NCBI GenBank assembly: GCA_028534125.1
Contig: CM052832.1
Coordinates: 24,802,001-24,866,000, forward strand
Direction of reading: 5' to 3'
From: Lama glama
Taxonomy: Eukaryota
DNA: 64,000 bases
The translations under genes were made by a program, and so were the position numbers. Positions 1 to 12,589 of the stretch are shown here, piece by piece. Below the pieces are notes generated by a model. That model did not search any database, was not told the DNA's origin, and was given only the letters and a program-made list of their open reading frames with translations. Each line of letters begins with the position of its first letter. Positions within the stretch are counted from its first letter, which is position 1.

Positions 1-1123
1 ACTCCCAGCATCCACTGGTTAAAATAGGATTACAATGGCATTAGAGCCAGAGACCCAGGGTCACAAGCAAAAGGAAACACTGAACATCAGAAAGATGCCA
101 TCTTCTAGGTAACAAATTGACCACGTGCTTTCTCAGACAGCTGGCAGAACATCTGTGGGGACAGAGGCCAGAGAGATGACCAACTAGGCTGTGATTTTCC
201 ACTTACAATACAGAAAATATAAATAGAAGTGACCCCCCAGCACGCTTCTGTGATCTGTACCACAGTAAGCTTTGACTGCCGATCCCATTTGGCACCTGAC
301 GCCTGCCCAAAAAATATTCTTCCACCCTTCCCAGCACTACAATGGAAAACATTCCCATGGCGAATAAAAGTAACAGAAAAAAAGTTACCCTTATACATCA
401 CATGTTAGCTTGAAGCCAAAATTAACATATTGTCTAAAACTCCCCTTGGAATGTTCTTCCCTTGCTAGCTCCTGCTCCACTCCCTAACCATTACACAGCA
501 TCTGACTCAAAAACCTCTCAGCCCCTAGATTTTGAATGCTTATTTTAAAACTCTTTATACTTTTTTCTACATGCTAAATTTTAGACAGTTCTACTTTAGG
601 ATAAAGCCATACATTTCAGTAACATGTTAGACTAAAAGAGGAAGCAATTCAGTTTTAAGACAACAGTTCCAGTCTCCTAATTCAGAACAACATTTTTAAG
701 AGCGAAGATATTCTGTGCTTTTGATGTTGCATTGTTTGTCCTTATAAAAGTCATGCTTTCATTTTCGGGGGGGAAGTTTTATCATACAACAACAGCAACA
801 GCACGACTTCCAGGGTAAGTATTATACGGACTTGATATTCTTCCTTTAGACATTTTCATTTTGGCCTAACTCATAACAATACATCTAATGATCTAAGGAA
901 AGCTGAAATTGTTATGTTCTCACATATCTTGTTATATTTTATATTTACATATTTCATATATTTGTCCTACTTTATGTATTGCCTGATATAAAAATATCTT
1001 TGCTTGATCTAACCCATATCTAACCAACTCTACCTTTAAGTATCAGCCATATTGACATTATCTTAAAGATCTTTGAGCATTAGAAAAAACTAAGTTAAGG
1101 AACTTCTTGGAATATGCTTGGGA

Positions 1124-1485
1124 CGTTATGGACTGAATGTTTTTGTGCTCCCCCCAAATTTATATTTTGAAATCTTATATTTATATTTTGAAATCTTAAC
1201 CCCCAACGTGCTGGTACTAGGAGGTGTTTAGGTCATGAGGGTTCCACTCTCATGAATGGGGTTAAGGTCTACGAAAGAGACCCCAGGACCTCCCCTATGC
1301 ATCCTGCCATGTGCAGATGCATGCCTATGAACCAACACGTGGGTCCTCTTCAACACGCACCAAATCTGCCAGCACCTTGGCCTTGGACTTCCCACCCTCC
1401 AGAACTGAGAGAAATACATTTCTGTTGTTTATAAGCCAGCCAGTCTATGGTATTTTTGCTATAGCTGCCTGAACAGACTAAGAAA
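1124..1485 (+). mobile_element. MaLR solo LTR (MLT1A-like)
   Basis: Starts (c)gttatggactgaatgt...cccccaaattt and ends gaaatacatttctgttgtttataagcca...gaacagactaaga, both typical MLT1A termini. Internal 20-bp tandem duplication atttatattttgaaatctta near 1158-1198. Confidence 0.85.
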
Positions 1486-2384
1486 ATACAACAACATCGA
1501 AACTCAACTTTCACCTCTTATTGTCATTGTTAACAAGTCTCAACCAAAGCTTTGGCTACGACTATTTTAATATATCTGATGTCAGACCTTTAATCTACCA
1601 GACTTTATGCACCTGTTGGTCTTTTTGGTTGGACTTTGTCTCATCTTTGAAGCAAGACTGACCTGCAGCTTCACCGTGTGTCAGCTTTAATCCTTTGTAG
1701 GCTGACTGCACACCTGTACTTTAGATCAGATATTGTTGTCGAACTGGGCTGAAAGGTTAGTATTGATTACACCTTCATTAGGTCAAAGTGATTTGATGTG
1801 GACGTGGCCTCTCTTGAGGGTTCTGAGCAATCAGGAGCCCAATAAGGTATATATGGGACACAGATGTGCACTGTTGCTTCCAAAGAATTCTGTGCTGTGT
1901 GCCTTTCATGCTTCTTTTACAATTACAAAGAAAGGCTGAACGATTATATTCAACAAGCCAGTAATGTGGACACCATGCACTACTTTCTTTGATTATCTGT
2001 AAGATAAAATCAATTTAACAACAATTAAAATAGTGCCCAAGATGACTCTGGGGAGGTGAGGCCCCTACTGTTATATATTTTAAGACATGTCAGCAAGGGT
2101 TACCATCACAGGCTTTTGGGTCACTGCTGCTACAGGCACCTGGTCTTCAGCCCAAGATCTTGCAATGTGCTCACAGTTCAGAATTGAAAACTTTTTTTCA
2201 AAACAATTCTGTTATCTTAAATGATTTAAAAAAAATTTTTAATCATGCATGCAAATAATTTGGTATTTATAAATATCAAGAAGCCCTGGATGTCCTTCTT
2301 TCCAAATATTATTTCTCATAACAGGCATAGAAAAGTTTAACAGACCAAGAAGAAAATAAAATAATTCAGATGTGGCAACGTATA

Positions 2385-2872
2385 CAGGCAGACCTTGGAG
2401 ATACTGCAGGTTCAATTCCAGACCACTGTTGTAAAATGAATATCACAATAAAGTGAGCCACACAAATCTTTTGTCTTCTCAGTGCATATAAAAGTTATGT
2501 TTGCACTACACTGTAATCTATTTAGTGTGCAATAGCATTGCCTCTAAAACATGTACATACTTTAATTGAGAAATATTGCTTAAAAAATGCCAACCATCAT
2601 CTGAGGTTTCAGTGAGCTGTAATATTTTTGCAATAGTAACATCAAAGATTGCTGATCATAGATCACCATAAAAAATATAATAATAATGAAACTTTTTGAA
2701 ATATTTAAGAATTGCCAAAATGTGACACAGAGACACAAAGTGAGCAAATGCTGTTGGAAAAGAGCTGACAGACTTGCTTGATATGGGGTTGTCACAAACC
2801 TTCACTTTGTTAAAAAACAAAACAAAACACAAACGCAACATCTGTGAAGCAAAATAAAACAAGATATTCCTG
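2385..2872 (-). mobile_element. Internally deleted Tigger1 DNA transposon (TcMar-Tigger)
   Basis: Inverted termini caggcagacc / (rc) caggaatatc with TA on both sides (2383-84, 2873-74). The minus strand reads like the Tigger1 5' end (tttccaacagcatttgctcactttgtgtctctgtgtcacattttgg). Confidence 0.88.
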
Positions 2873-3432
2873 TACCAACCTTTGGGTGTTGACAAGCATA
2901 ACCAAGAAGTCTTCTCCATTCTGATCCAAAGCTAGAGTGTTAACTCAGTTGAGCAGGTTTCAATAAAGACACCATATGATGAACCCCTTGAACTTCTTCC
3001 TACCTGAAAGGGGCAGAGTTGGAAGGAGATAGAATATTTCACAGGGACAATTTTCTACATGCCCATGCCACTCTCCAGGACAGGAGGGATTTCAACATGC
3101 TCTTTTATTTTCATGCTGTCAATCAATATAGACGATCAAGGGAAGATGAAGAAATGGCCAGGGGGAAACCCTAGGTCCTCCTCTCTAACTGAAACTGTCA
3201 ATGAGAAAGTGGGAAATAAGCTCTCATCTAGAATCCTGCCAGGCACTGCTCTGCTTTCAGAGGGACTGGCCCAAGTGTCGCTTAGTGTAGATTCAATGAC
3301 CTCAGGTTTTCTAAGGGAAAAACTCTCTCTTTCCTGCTGTCACGTTGTCAACACAAAGGATAGAAGGTATTCCAGGGCACTGAAGAAAATCGAACACTAA
3401 ACAGAAACAATGACTGTTTCTTTGCCATCCTT

Positions 3433-3540
3433 TGTTATGGTTTGAATGGTGTCCCTCAAAAGATATGTTGAAGTCCTAATCCCCAGAACCTGTGAATGTG
3501 ACCTCATATGGGAAATGGGTCTTTGCAGATATAATATAAA
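3433..3540 (+). mobile_element. MLT1-type MaLR LTR, 5' fragment
   Basis: tgttatggtttgaatggtgtccctcaaaagatatgttgaagtcctaatcccc...gggtctttgcagat resembles the MLT1B/C start. Confidence 0.75.
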
Positions 3541-4326
3541 TTGCAGGAAAAACGTAAAAGATAACAGTACCTGGAATCAGGTCTCCACGTCACTTTTGTT
3601 CACACATGCTTTGGATTTATGAACACATTAAATAAGCTTTTAAAGTCTTTAAAAAGTCTATGTTTGCAAACACTTCCACTACGTGCATTTTTTTTTTAAA
3701 TCGGCTTTTGCTTAAAAAAATCTGCATGCAGGAGGAAATGGAGGGATATCCACCAGCTAGGAACCAGGTCACGACCTCATCTGAATTCTTAACATGTTTT
3801 TTAGTGAATGTTCTGAGTGCAACCTAAGACCTCTCCTCACCATCTTTCTGGAAATTGTTTTGCAACCCACAGGGGAAGTGAGTTAGGTCTTTGTACTCAC
3901 AAGTTAACAAACATATAATACAAACTCTAGCCCATATTTTGAAACCAGATCGAAGCAACAGTTTGAAAGCAAGGGTAATAAACAAGGTGAGGTATGTACC
4001 TGAAGAGAGATATAGGTACACATTTTAAAAGAAAGGGAGTCATGGTATGTATTGAAGAACAAAAGGGCTGTGACCTTGAGGGAGTGAAAGATCAGGAATA
4101 TTTTTGTCAATTGTGCTTTAAACCTTTAGAATATATGGTATGTGTTATCAAGTTATTTTGATGATGGGCAGGCTGCTGTCCCTCATCACCCTGCCTCTGG
4201 ATGTATGAAACCACACGTTGTATCTGTATAGTCATGAAGCTCTGATCATACCTTTCCAAGGATTGTGATTATTCACCATCACAGTAAGAGACACTTGAGG
4301 GAAGTGGTCAAAATGAGAAGAAATCA

Positions 4327-4451
4327 GGGGAATGGTATAGCTCAGTGGTAGAGTGCTTGCTTAGCAAGCTCGAGATGCTGGGTTCAATCCCCAGTACCTC
4401 CATTAAAAAAAATTAATCTAATTGCTTCCCCACAAAACAAACAAACAAAAG
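4327..4451 (+). mobile_element. tRNA-derived SINE (camelid Vic-1-like)
   Basis: GGGGAATGGTATAGCTCAGTGGTAGAG head, A box 4338-48, B box GGTTCAATCC 4381-90, A-rich tail, flanking direct repeat atgagaagaa (4313-22 / 4452-61). Confidence 0.85.
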
Positions 4452-7193
4452 ATGAGAAGAAGGAAGGAGGATCTTCCACTTAGGGAGCAGCAAACTGTAG
4501 CTGCAGGCAAGACTTGTGCAGCCCACCATTGGTATTAGCCTGGTGATCACCCGTTTCATGCCGATAGCCCTGAGATTGTGTCTTCTGCCTCCCTACCCAG
4601 TTCTTCAACACTTGGTCGTCATCTTGGTTAAGTCATGTGTGTATACACTTTACCTCTTAGTCTGAAGCTGCCACAAGGCTGTGGAAGTTCCTCTAGGACT
4701 TTTCTGAGGTCTTAAATGGTCTCCAACTTTGCACAAATCAGCCTCATCTCTTCTCCTATAGGAATAATGAAAAAAACCTTAACAAAATTATTTTTCCTTT
4801 GTTTCAATGTCAGTATCTGAGGTGCAGGACATTCTAGATCCAGTTGATACTGACCTCACAGACTACTGAAAAATGTTCTAAGTACATATTACATTTTTAG
4901 TACAGTTTGTCAATCCCTTAATGGTGGTGTGTATGTCTGTTTATCTCCTCAACTGAATAATGAATAAGTCTATTTAATCTAAGGGCCAGATATTGGTTTT
5001 TTTGAGTGTTTTGGAATACTAGTCTCATCTTGTTTAGACAGCAATTTAGATGTGGTTTTCGCTTGTTATCCAAGTGTCTCTGTAAGTAACATAGGGCCAG
5101 CTCACAATGAAAGGCATGCATCTTTGAGGATGGTCAAGAGAATTTCACAGGGCACAGTTTACTGGTGCCAAGATGGTCTTTTCCCAGAATATTTGTGGCC
5201 ATTATTTCCTGGCCAATATGGCTATGTTGGTAAGAGTCCAGTGTGGGCCTGGCAGACCACACTTTCACATAGAAAGGACTTGGGATGGAAGTGATCACTG
5301 ATGATGGCAGCAAATGCCCTTTCAGTGTTGGAAGACCACAGCTGGAAGAGAATTGAAACCTCCTGGGCCGAACTTGAGAGTCCTCTGAAATTAACCCTCA
5401 TGATCATCATACCTGGAAGGGCCTCAGGCTGCTATTGGCCTGTTTCGTTGCAACTGATGATATTTATTAACAGAGATTTAGGTGGGGAGCTGCTTGGATT
5501 CTCTTGTGACGCCAAGGTGAGGTGCTTAACCTACTTGCAGTTGTTTCGTCAATGGTTCCCTAAGTTCAAGAGGGGAGTGATGACCCACGCCTCCCCTGGA
5601 TTCAAGGTAAGCACATGACCTGTTCTGTTGTCAACCACGAGGAGCCTGCAGCTCCCACTCAGGTAGGTAAGTCCCTAAGACACATAAATGTCATTCTCCT
5701 TTTAACTCTACACCTTGAACTTGATGGCATCCTAAGAAATGCCATTGTAAATATCTTGGAACCTGATGGACTCTTTCATTCTTTGATGTTTTAGGACCAC
5801 ACAACACTTAAAAATACTTAAAATTATACTCAGTTGACTCTTGGTTTCTTTATATGGGCTTTGTCTGACTTGAAATGACAACTTATAAGGTCATTCCACT
5901 AATAATTCCCTTGAGTCAGAAACATCCTCTAATTGATGTGCTTATGTTGACTAATTTCTGTTTCTTCCATTAATGCAATAAATAAATCAACAATACCAAT
6001 ATGATTAAACAACACTCAACAGGAATATTAGTTTGAGCAACATGTATTTGTTAGGTCACAGATGACAATTTCACATGGTTTGATCAAATTCATTTATTCC
6101 ACAAGGTGAAATATTTTGAGCCCTATGGTTATGGTCTTTTTTTTTCTTTCCCAGCCTCAGAATTTAAATGAGGGAGTCCACCTTTGCCCAAAAACAGAGG
6201 AAATGCAAGCTTCTTCAGGGCCATCCACGCCCAGACCCTTTAGACCCAAGGTCGAATTGTGAAATGGACAACAATGATCCTTCCTGCTGGCCAAGGTCTC
6301 CGTGAGTCCTGCACTCCTCTGGCCTTGTGTTGAGCCCCTGACCTCACCTCGCTTGGACACATAGACCTTTGGCCTGCCTTGGATTGTCTTGTTGGTGTTA
6401 TCAGCATCCACACCAGACAGCACTGTGGGTGATTTTCCATTCACATCAGCCTCCTCCCCACATCTATCCTGTTGAGTGACTCTGCTCTGTTTTAATGACA
6501 TTGATTGAGACACAAATTTAGAAAATCCTGGAAGGAAGACCTTGTCCCAGGTTTTATGCAGCCATAGAAAGTAAACAATTCCTACACCAATCTGTACAAT
6601 TGCTTCTGCTTGCCAGAAATACCTGGCCAGAGTTTATCTGGTCCCCCTGAGTTGCCTCACAGTGGAAGTCTCTGCCTGAGCAGGTAGGCATAGAAGCCAG
6701 TTGAAATGGGCACAGAGGATTCTGCTAGCTCCACATGGGCCTCTACCTGCAGGTCCTTGGTCACTCTTCCAGTTCCCACTCCAACTCCACACCTGGACTG
6801 TGCCTCTCAAAGGCTCTGGAAGGGCTCCCGTGCCTGTCATCAGTCATGGCGATTACGCTGTCTGCTCATGACGTTACCTCCATGGTCGCAGATGGCCTTG
6901 GATCCCAGTTCCTGACCCGAGGGGTCCAGAACTGGCCTCCGCCAATTCCCAGTATGCCAAGACCTCATATGGTTACAAAGTTGCAATGCTTTGGTCCCTT
7001 TATTGTCACTCAGGTTATCTTGAGTGGTGGCTTGCCAATGCAGAATGAACTTCAGGGTACGTATCAACGTGCGTGATGGGAAAATAACATAGCGAGCCAC
7101 ACAAAGAGAACAGCAGTAACCCCCGCCTTCCCCCGTCATACAGGGGCTGAGCAGTTCCTGAAATCAATGGACCCAGTTTATTCACGAGAATTA

Positions 7194-7276
7194 CACACCA
7201 CACACACACACACACACGCACATACACACGCGCACACACACACACGCGCACGCACACACACACATGCACACACACA
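7194..7276. repeat. (CA)n microsatellite with CG interruptions
   Basis: Directly visible. Confidence 0.97.
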
Positions 7277-8274
7277 GATGATTCTGTTTCTCTGGTTTTG
7301 GGAAGAATTTTAAATAAAGGAAAATTTTACTCTAACAGTCTACACTTGACCCTGGAATTTTCCATTTCTCATTTTAGAAAACTTGCCATTTCCAAAAATC
7401 AGTGCAAAGGAGATTGACATTAATTTCCAAATCACATTCCATGTAAGGTAATTTTGAGCTCTTTACCAGCAACCAAGTTATTATGTACGATAAGAAGACA
7501 TACTGTTTATAATGTGTTTTCCATCAAAAAGCCCAAAACAGTTTACAGACATGATCTCATTTGGAATTATAACAGTCTACAAGATAAGACTGAAACAGAC
7601 TCTATTTCTTTTTAAGATATTTAGGTAACAGATAATGAAGTTTTCAAAATGACACCCCCACACCAAATCACTGTATTGCATACATATTGGAAACAGGAAT
7701 CTCCGTTTTGACTCCAAACTTTGTAGTTTACATTGGCTAATCAAGTTTGCAAGCGGCTGAACATCAAACTGTAACAGCAGCCAACTTAAATTACAATAAT
7801 TCTATGTAAATAAAGGGGCCATGAGTAATGTACTTGATGCAGCAAACACTTGTATTCCATTTGAGAATGTCACCATATTATGTTGAGTACAAGGATATAC
7901 AGAAAAACAACATTGACATTATAGAGTAATTCCTTATCTCATAAGAGGGAGGTCTATTGGCTACAGCCATGAAGGTTGAAGCTCTCTCCCTTTAGTGTCT
8001 AATCATGGCTTTGTGTTTTACTAGTACTTACTGAGCACCTGATCCAGACTACAGCCCTATCTTGGGCTGCAGCTGAATATGGTGCTGATGCTAGGCACCA
8101 GGGCAGTACAGGGGACACGTGAACTCCCTCCAGGTTTACAGATTAACTAGAGAATACTCCCAGAGTCCTGGCAGGGTTCAGAGGGCTTCCGCACCTGCAC
8201 ATGCAGCTCTTGTCTGCGTGTAGATTAAGCTCTGAATGTAGCTGACCCACTGAGTTCATGGTACCCTATGACAG

Positions 8275-8525
8275 TAGAGCATGGTGGATACAGGCACTAC
8301 TGATAAGGGTTCAAATTCCAGCTCCGCTGCTTCCCAGTTATGGGGCTTTGAGCAAGTTACTTCACCTCAGTTTTCTCATCTGCAAAATGGAGATAGTCAT
8401 ATCTGCCCCAGAGAGCAGATGAGTTATTAGGTGTAAGGTAGTTAGAGTAACACCCAGTGCATGCTAAGTGCTATGTGAGTGTTAGCTATATACTCTTGCT
8501 GTTGTTATTATTATTACTATTTATC
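8275..8525 (+). mobile_element. MIR SINE
   Basis: Core gggttcaaattccagctc...gagcaagttacttcacctcagttttctcatctgcaaaatggagata with a (TTA)n tail. Confidence 0.85.
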
Positions 8526-9429
8526 ATTTGGGACAACAGGCAGTTTCACTAGCAAGTGAGTTCTTCTCTCAGAGGACGCAATGCAAAGACGCTCCAACGC
8601 GAACAGACAGTAGAGAGAGACCAAGCAAAACTGCAGAGAAGACAGTAAAGGTATGTGGTAATCACACTGATAAAAGTAACAGAAGAATTTGCTGAGTTCC
8701 TCAAGGCAATGAAAATGAGGAACGAGTTCTTCAAAGTAAGGAAAATGTCAGCTGAGCTGTCTGGGGCTTCAGAGAAGAGGCTCCTGGTAAGAAAAGGTAC
8801 CTCTAGATAGATAGCAGTGTTTTGCAGTGAAAAGGCATTTGAATAGCTGAATTACCTTAGATAAGTCATTTAAAGTGTTATGTATATTTTCCCTCCTGGG
8901 TGCAACTGAAGGTTTCTGTATATTTGAAATGTGTTACAGTTGATAAGAGGAACTTGGGAAGTTTCACGTAAAAAAGTACTCAATATAATTTGATACATGC
9001 ATGAATGCAGAAATTCATCTATACTCATATTTGAAAGAGAAACAACCTTCTGGTGAGTTCTACATCCTTTTTTTCATTTCATTGTAGTGTACATTTATGA
9101 AACAACTATATATTGCAAGATGGTGGCTCTACAAAGATGAGCACGACAAAATCTGTGCCCGTAAGGAATTCACAGTCAAGAGGGAAAGGTAAAACCTGCA
9201 CTACATAAACGCACTGACCAGAGACAGAGTATAGGATTGATAGGAAAAAAGGGGTTTCTACAAACAGAAAGCTCGCTTCTATTTAATTCTCCTTGTGGCA
9301 AGGTGTGGAGGGCTGCTTGGCCCTGAAGTAACAGGATATAGATAAGCGCTATCAAATCAGCACTTACCACACACATTAGGTAAATAAATACTCTCATTCG
9401 TCTCAATACACCGACTCAGCGATCACTGG

Positions 9430-9560
9430 GCTTACCACCACCTACATTTTCTAGTGGAGGAACTGGCAGTTCAGAGAGGGTGGATCTGTTGGCCCTGGTC
9501 ATGCAGCTAGCAAAGAGCGGGACCAGTTTCTGCTCCTCTCTGCTCAGCCCCAGAGCCCTT
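9430..9560 (-). mobile_element. MIR fragment
   Basis: cctacattttctagtggaggaactggcagttcagagagg...ggtcatgcagctag is a reversed, diverged MIR core. Confidence 0.6.
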
Positions 9561-10591
9561 GGCATCCTCCCCTCTGTCACTGTCACATCAATGCAGGGTA
9601 TAACACTTCCCAGCTCTGCCAGGTCATCAAGACAGCCTGGATCCAACAAATTCGAGCTAAGTAAGAAAACGATCACCTGACCAATAATTCGGAAAAAGAA
9701 ATTTGGGGGATAAGGAAAAGAAGACCATGAAAGGCTGGGAACTGACAATTGTGTCCCAGCTAATACTTACTTGTAGTCAATGGTTTTCCTAAACACATGT
9801 GAGCAAATAGGTAAAACCCAGTCACCCACTTATGATGATACAAAATTCTTGGTTAAAAAGAAAAAAAGTAGATAGGATGTTTGGAGCGTGCAAATGTCAA
9901 GGTGATGCTTTTGTATTTTTGTCTTTGATACTCGGAGATTATCCTTGAACTAAATGTAATATTCACATTTTTTACATAGGAAAAGAAGAGATCAGTGAAT
10001 CTGTAGGCAGTTTTGCCTGCCAAAAAATAGCCTAGTCATTCCTAACAGAAGGAGAGAACTCCTGTTTTCTGGGTCAGACACACTCTCAAAACCAGGATGG
10101 CGCAATGTCCTTCTTAACCCTCCTCTCAGTTGCTAACTCTGTTTTTTTTAAGTTACATTCATTTGCTTCTCTTTTCCACTGCACACCAAGCAATTAAGAA
10201 AGTCGACCATACTAATACAGACTAAATTGTAAAAAAAAGGAGTTTCAATAAAGAAAGAAATGAGCTTATCATTAGAATGGATATTTATTTATAATAAAAA
10301 TTATAAGCATGCAAAGTGGGGCCATGAAGGAGGTACAGAGGAAAGGGAGCCTGCCTCTACACACAATTTGAGTTTGTGTCTGTGCAGCACTAAAATCACA
10401 TAGGCTTAGTTAAACCCATGACTTGATAATGATCACTATTCAGTTGATTGACGTATTAGACTGTTAAGGTGGATTATTCAGGTAAAAAACTCCTTTCTAG
10501 AATTAGGATAATTTTGATTGGCTCTTTTCATTGACTCAGTCAACCGGTTAATTGACCAGACTTCTATTTCACAGGGGCTGTTGAAACACAA

Positions 10592-11091
10592 NNNNNNNNN
10601 NNNNNNNNNNNNNNNNNNNNNNNNNNNNNNNNNNNNNNNNNNNNNNNNNNNNNNNNNNNNNNNNNNNNNNNNNNNNNNNNNNNNNNNNNNNNNNNNNNNN
10701 NNNNNNNNNNNNNNNNNNNNNNNNNNNNNNNNNNNNNNNNNNNNNNNNNNNNNNNNNNNNNNNNNNNNNNNNNNNNNNNNNNNNNNNNNNNNNNNNNNNN
10801 NNNNNNNNNNNNNNNNNNNNNNNNNNNNNNNNNNNNNNNNNNNNNNNNNNNNNNNNNNNNNNNNNNNNNNNNNNNNNNNNNNNNNNNNNNNNNNNNNNNN
10901 NNNNNNNNNNNNNNNNNNNNNNNNNNNNNNNNNNNNNNNNNNNNNNNNNNNNNNNNNNNNNNNNNNNNNNNNNNNNNNNNNNNNNNNNNNNNNNNNNNNN
11001 NNNNNNNNNNNNNNNNNNNNNNNNNNNNNNNNNNNNNNNNNNNNNNNNNNNNNNNNNNNNNNNNNNNNNNNNNNNNNNNNNNNNNNNNNNN
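10592..11091. other. Assembly gap (500 N)
   Basis: Run of N. Confidence 1.
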
Positions 11092-11366
11092 TCATTGTTC
11101 AGCCTAAGACATTTGCTTTGTGTAGACACAGCTGGAATTATCCAACATCGTTCTCTGCCTCAAGTAAACCAGAATACATGTAAGAATATTAATTGTAAAA
11201 ATATTTTTGACTCACAGCTGAATTCGCATCACTGTTGATTACAGCCTGACAACCTAAGATGACTGTAAAAGGACTAAGAATCTGTAATGTTAAGTAGTTA
11301 CTTTTAATGGACCACAAAGCTTTATCCCCCTCTAATCTTTATTAATACATCCACATTTTTATTATA

Positions 11367-11496
11367 TGTAAAAAAGAAGGAATGAATTTGGGTAAATAAT
11401 TAATTAATCAAGAATATGGGGGCGCATGAATCACATGCAGGTAGTGGTACAGGGTGTTACATGAAACAGAAAGGAGTAAGACAGTCACATTATTTA
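11367..11496 (+). repeat. Inverted duplication, copy A (pairs with 21144-21273)
   Basis: Ungapped manual alignment to the reverse complement of 21144-21273: 119/130 identical. Confidence 0.95.
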
Positions 11497-11497
11497 T

Positions 11498-11682
11498 AGG
11501 CCGACAACAGACTGCATGAGGCTCACCCACATTGGGGAGGGCCATGTGCTTTATTTGTTCCATCAATTCAAATGCTATTCTCTTCTGAAACACCCCCACA
11601 GGCACATTCAGAGATAACGTTTAACCATACTTTTGGGCATCCTGTTATCCAGTGAAGTTAACGCACAAAATTAACAATCATA
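11498..11682 (-). mobile_element. MLT2 (ERV-L) LTR fragment
   Basis: gaggctcacccacattggggagggc...aaacacccccacaggcaca...aagttaacgcacaaaattaacaatcata resembles the reversed MLT2 5' end. It is truncated at the duplication. Confidence 0.75.
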
Positions 11683-11700
11683 CTAGGCCGTTAGTCAAGG

Positions 11701-11855
11701 CAGAGCCTCTCAATCTTGGGGGTTTCTAAATTTCCCAATGCTGGACCGCACCTCAGTCCAAATAATCACAGTCTCTGATGATAGAATTCAGGCATCACCA
11801 TGTTTTAAAAACTACCCATGTAACTTCAATGTGGAATCAAGGTTGGGAAGCACTG
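11701..11855. mobile_element. MER5-type hAT-Charlie MITE
   Basis: Termini cagagcctctcaatcttg ... caaggttgggaagcactg. Confidence 0.65.
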
Positions 11856-11879
11856 ATTCAGTCTGTTCTGTTCACTCTT

Positions 11880-12046
11880 GCTAGTTACTCAAACTGGGGT
11901 CCACAGACAAGCAGCATCAGCACCACCTGGACGTGTGTTAGAAACACAAAATCTCAGGCCCCCTCCCAGACCCTCTGTATCAGGATCTACAATTTGCAAA
12001 AATCTCAGGGAGCTCATTCACACATTAAAGTTAGAGAAGGCTGCTG
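11880..12046. mobile_element. MER5A1-like hAT-Charlie MITE
   Basis: ctcaaactggggtccacagacaagcagcatcagcaccacctgg...ttagaaacacaaaatctcaggcccc...cacattaaagttagagaag. Confidence 0.8.
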
Positions 12047-12117
12047 TCCATGGGCAGAGGTGAGAACCAGACGAGATGAGGTTGACCTGCAGTAGAAGGT
12101 CCACGTGGGGCTTAGAT

Positions 12118-12276
12118 CAGTGATTTTCAGCCTGTGGAATGTTTCAAAGTACAGGTGCTGGGGCTTCACTCCAGCCCTTTGACATCAGAATGTCTTGACG
12201 GGGGGCCTGGGCTTTAGCATATTTCAAAAAGCACCCTGGTTGATGGTTATGAGCAGCCAAGGTTGAGAATTGCTGG
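12118..12276. mobile_element. MER5B-like hAT MITE with 8-bp target-site duplication
   Basis: cagtgattttcagcct ... aggttgagaattgctg, flanked by gcttagat on both sides. Confidence 0.8.
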
Positions 12277-12589
12277 CTTAGATCAAGAAGCTGACAGACA
12301 CCTCCAGGAAAGAAGTGCAGGGGAACTGTGAGAAGAGGATTTCAGTAAGTCAGAATTAACTGGGAAGTCGCTGAGGCAGACTGAGTTCACACAGAAGCCA
12401 CTGGATTAAGCGTCCACATCAAACAGAATGGGGCTTAGAGATGGAACACTGCGTAGAGTTTTACAAGCATAAAGATACATTTGTGGAAGCCTGAGTCTGT
12501 GGCTGTGAAATTACTCCATATATAAAGTGTTGTTACAGGGTCTGCACTCAATGAATGGTTATTATTTTATAGAAGCTAATATATGACCA

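Noticed and set aside
4327..4402. tRNA-Ala(AGC)-like gene
   Set aside because: It has an A-rich tail and a flanking direct repeat, and the acceptor stem is mismatched, so it is a tRNA-derived SINE.
5050..5670. ORFs and donor-like sites (ttcaag|gtaagc, cag|gtaggtaagt); faint Gypsy RNase H-like words on the minus strand
   Set aside because: No recognisable homology; too weak to call.
8573..8651. Exon-like segment (tctctcag ... AAAG|gtatgt)
   Set aside because: Splice-like signals are present, but there is no recognisable peptide, two of three frames have stops, and no partner exons were found. A lncRNA exon cannot be excluded.
10478..11183. ORFs of 186-221 aa
   Set aside because: Artefacts of the 500-N gap.
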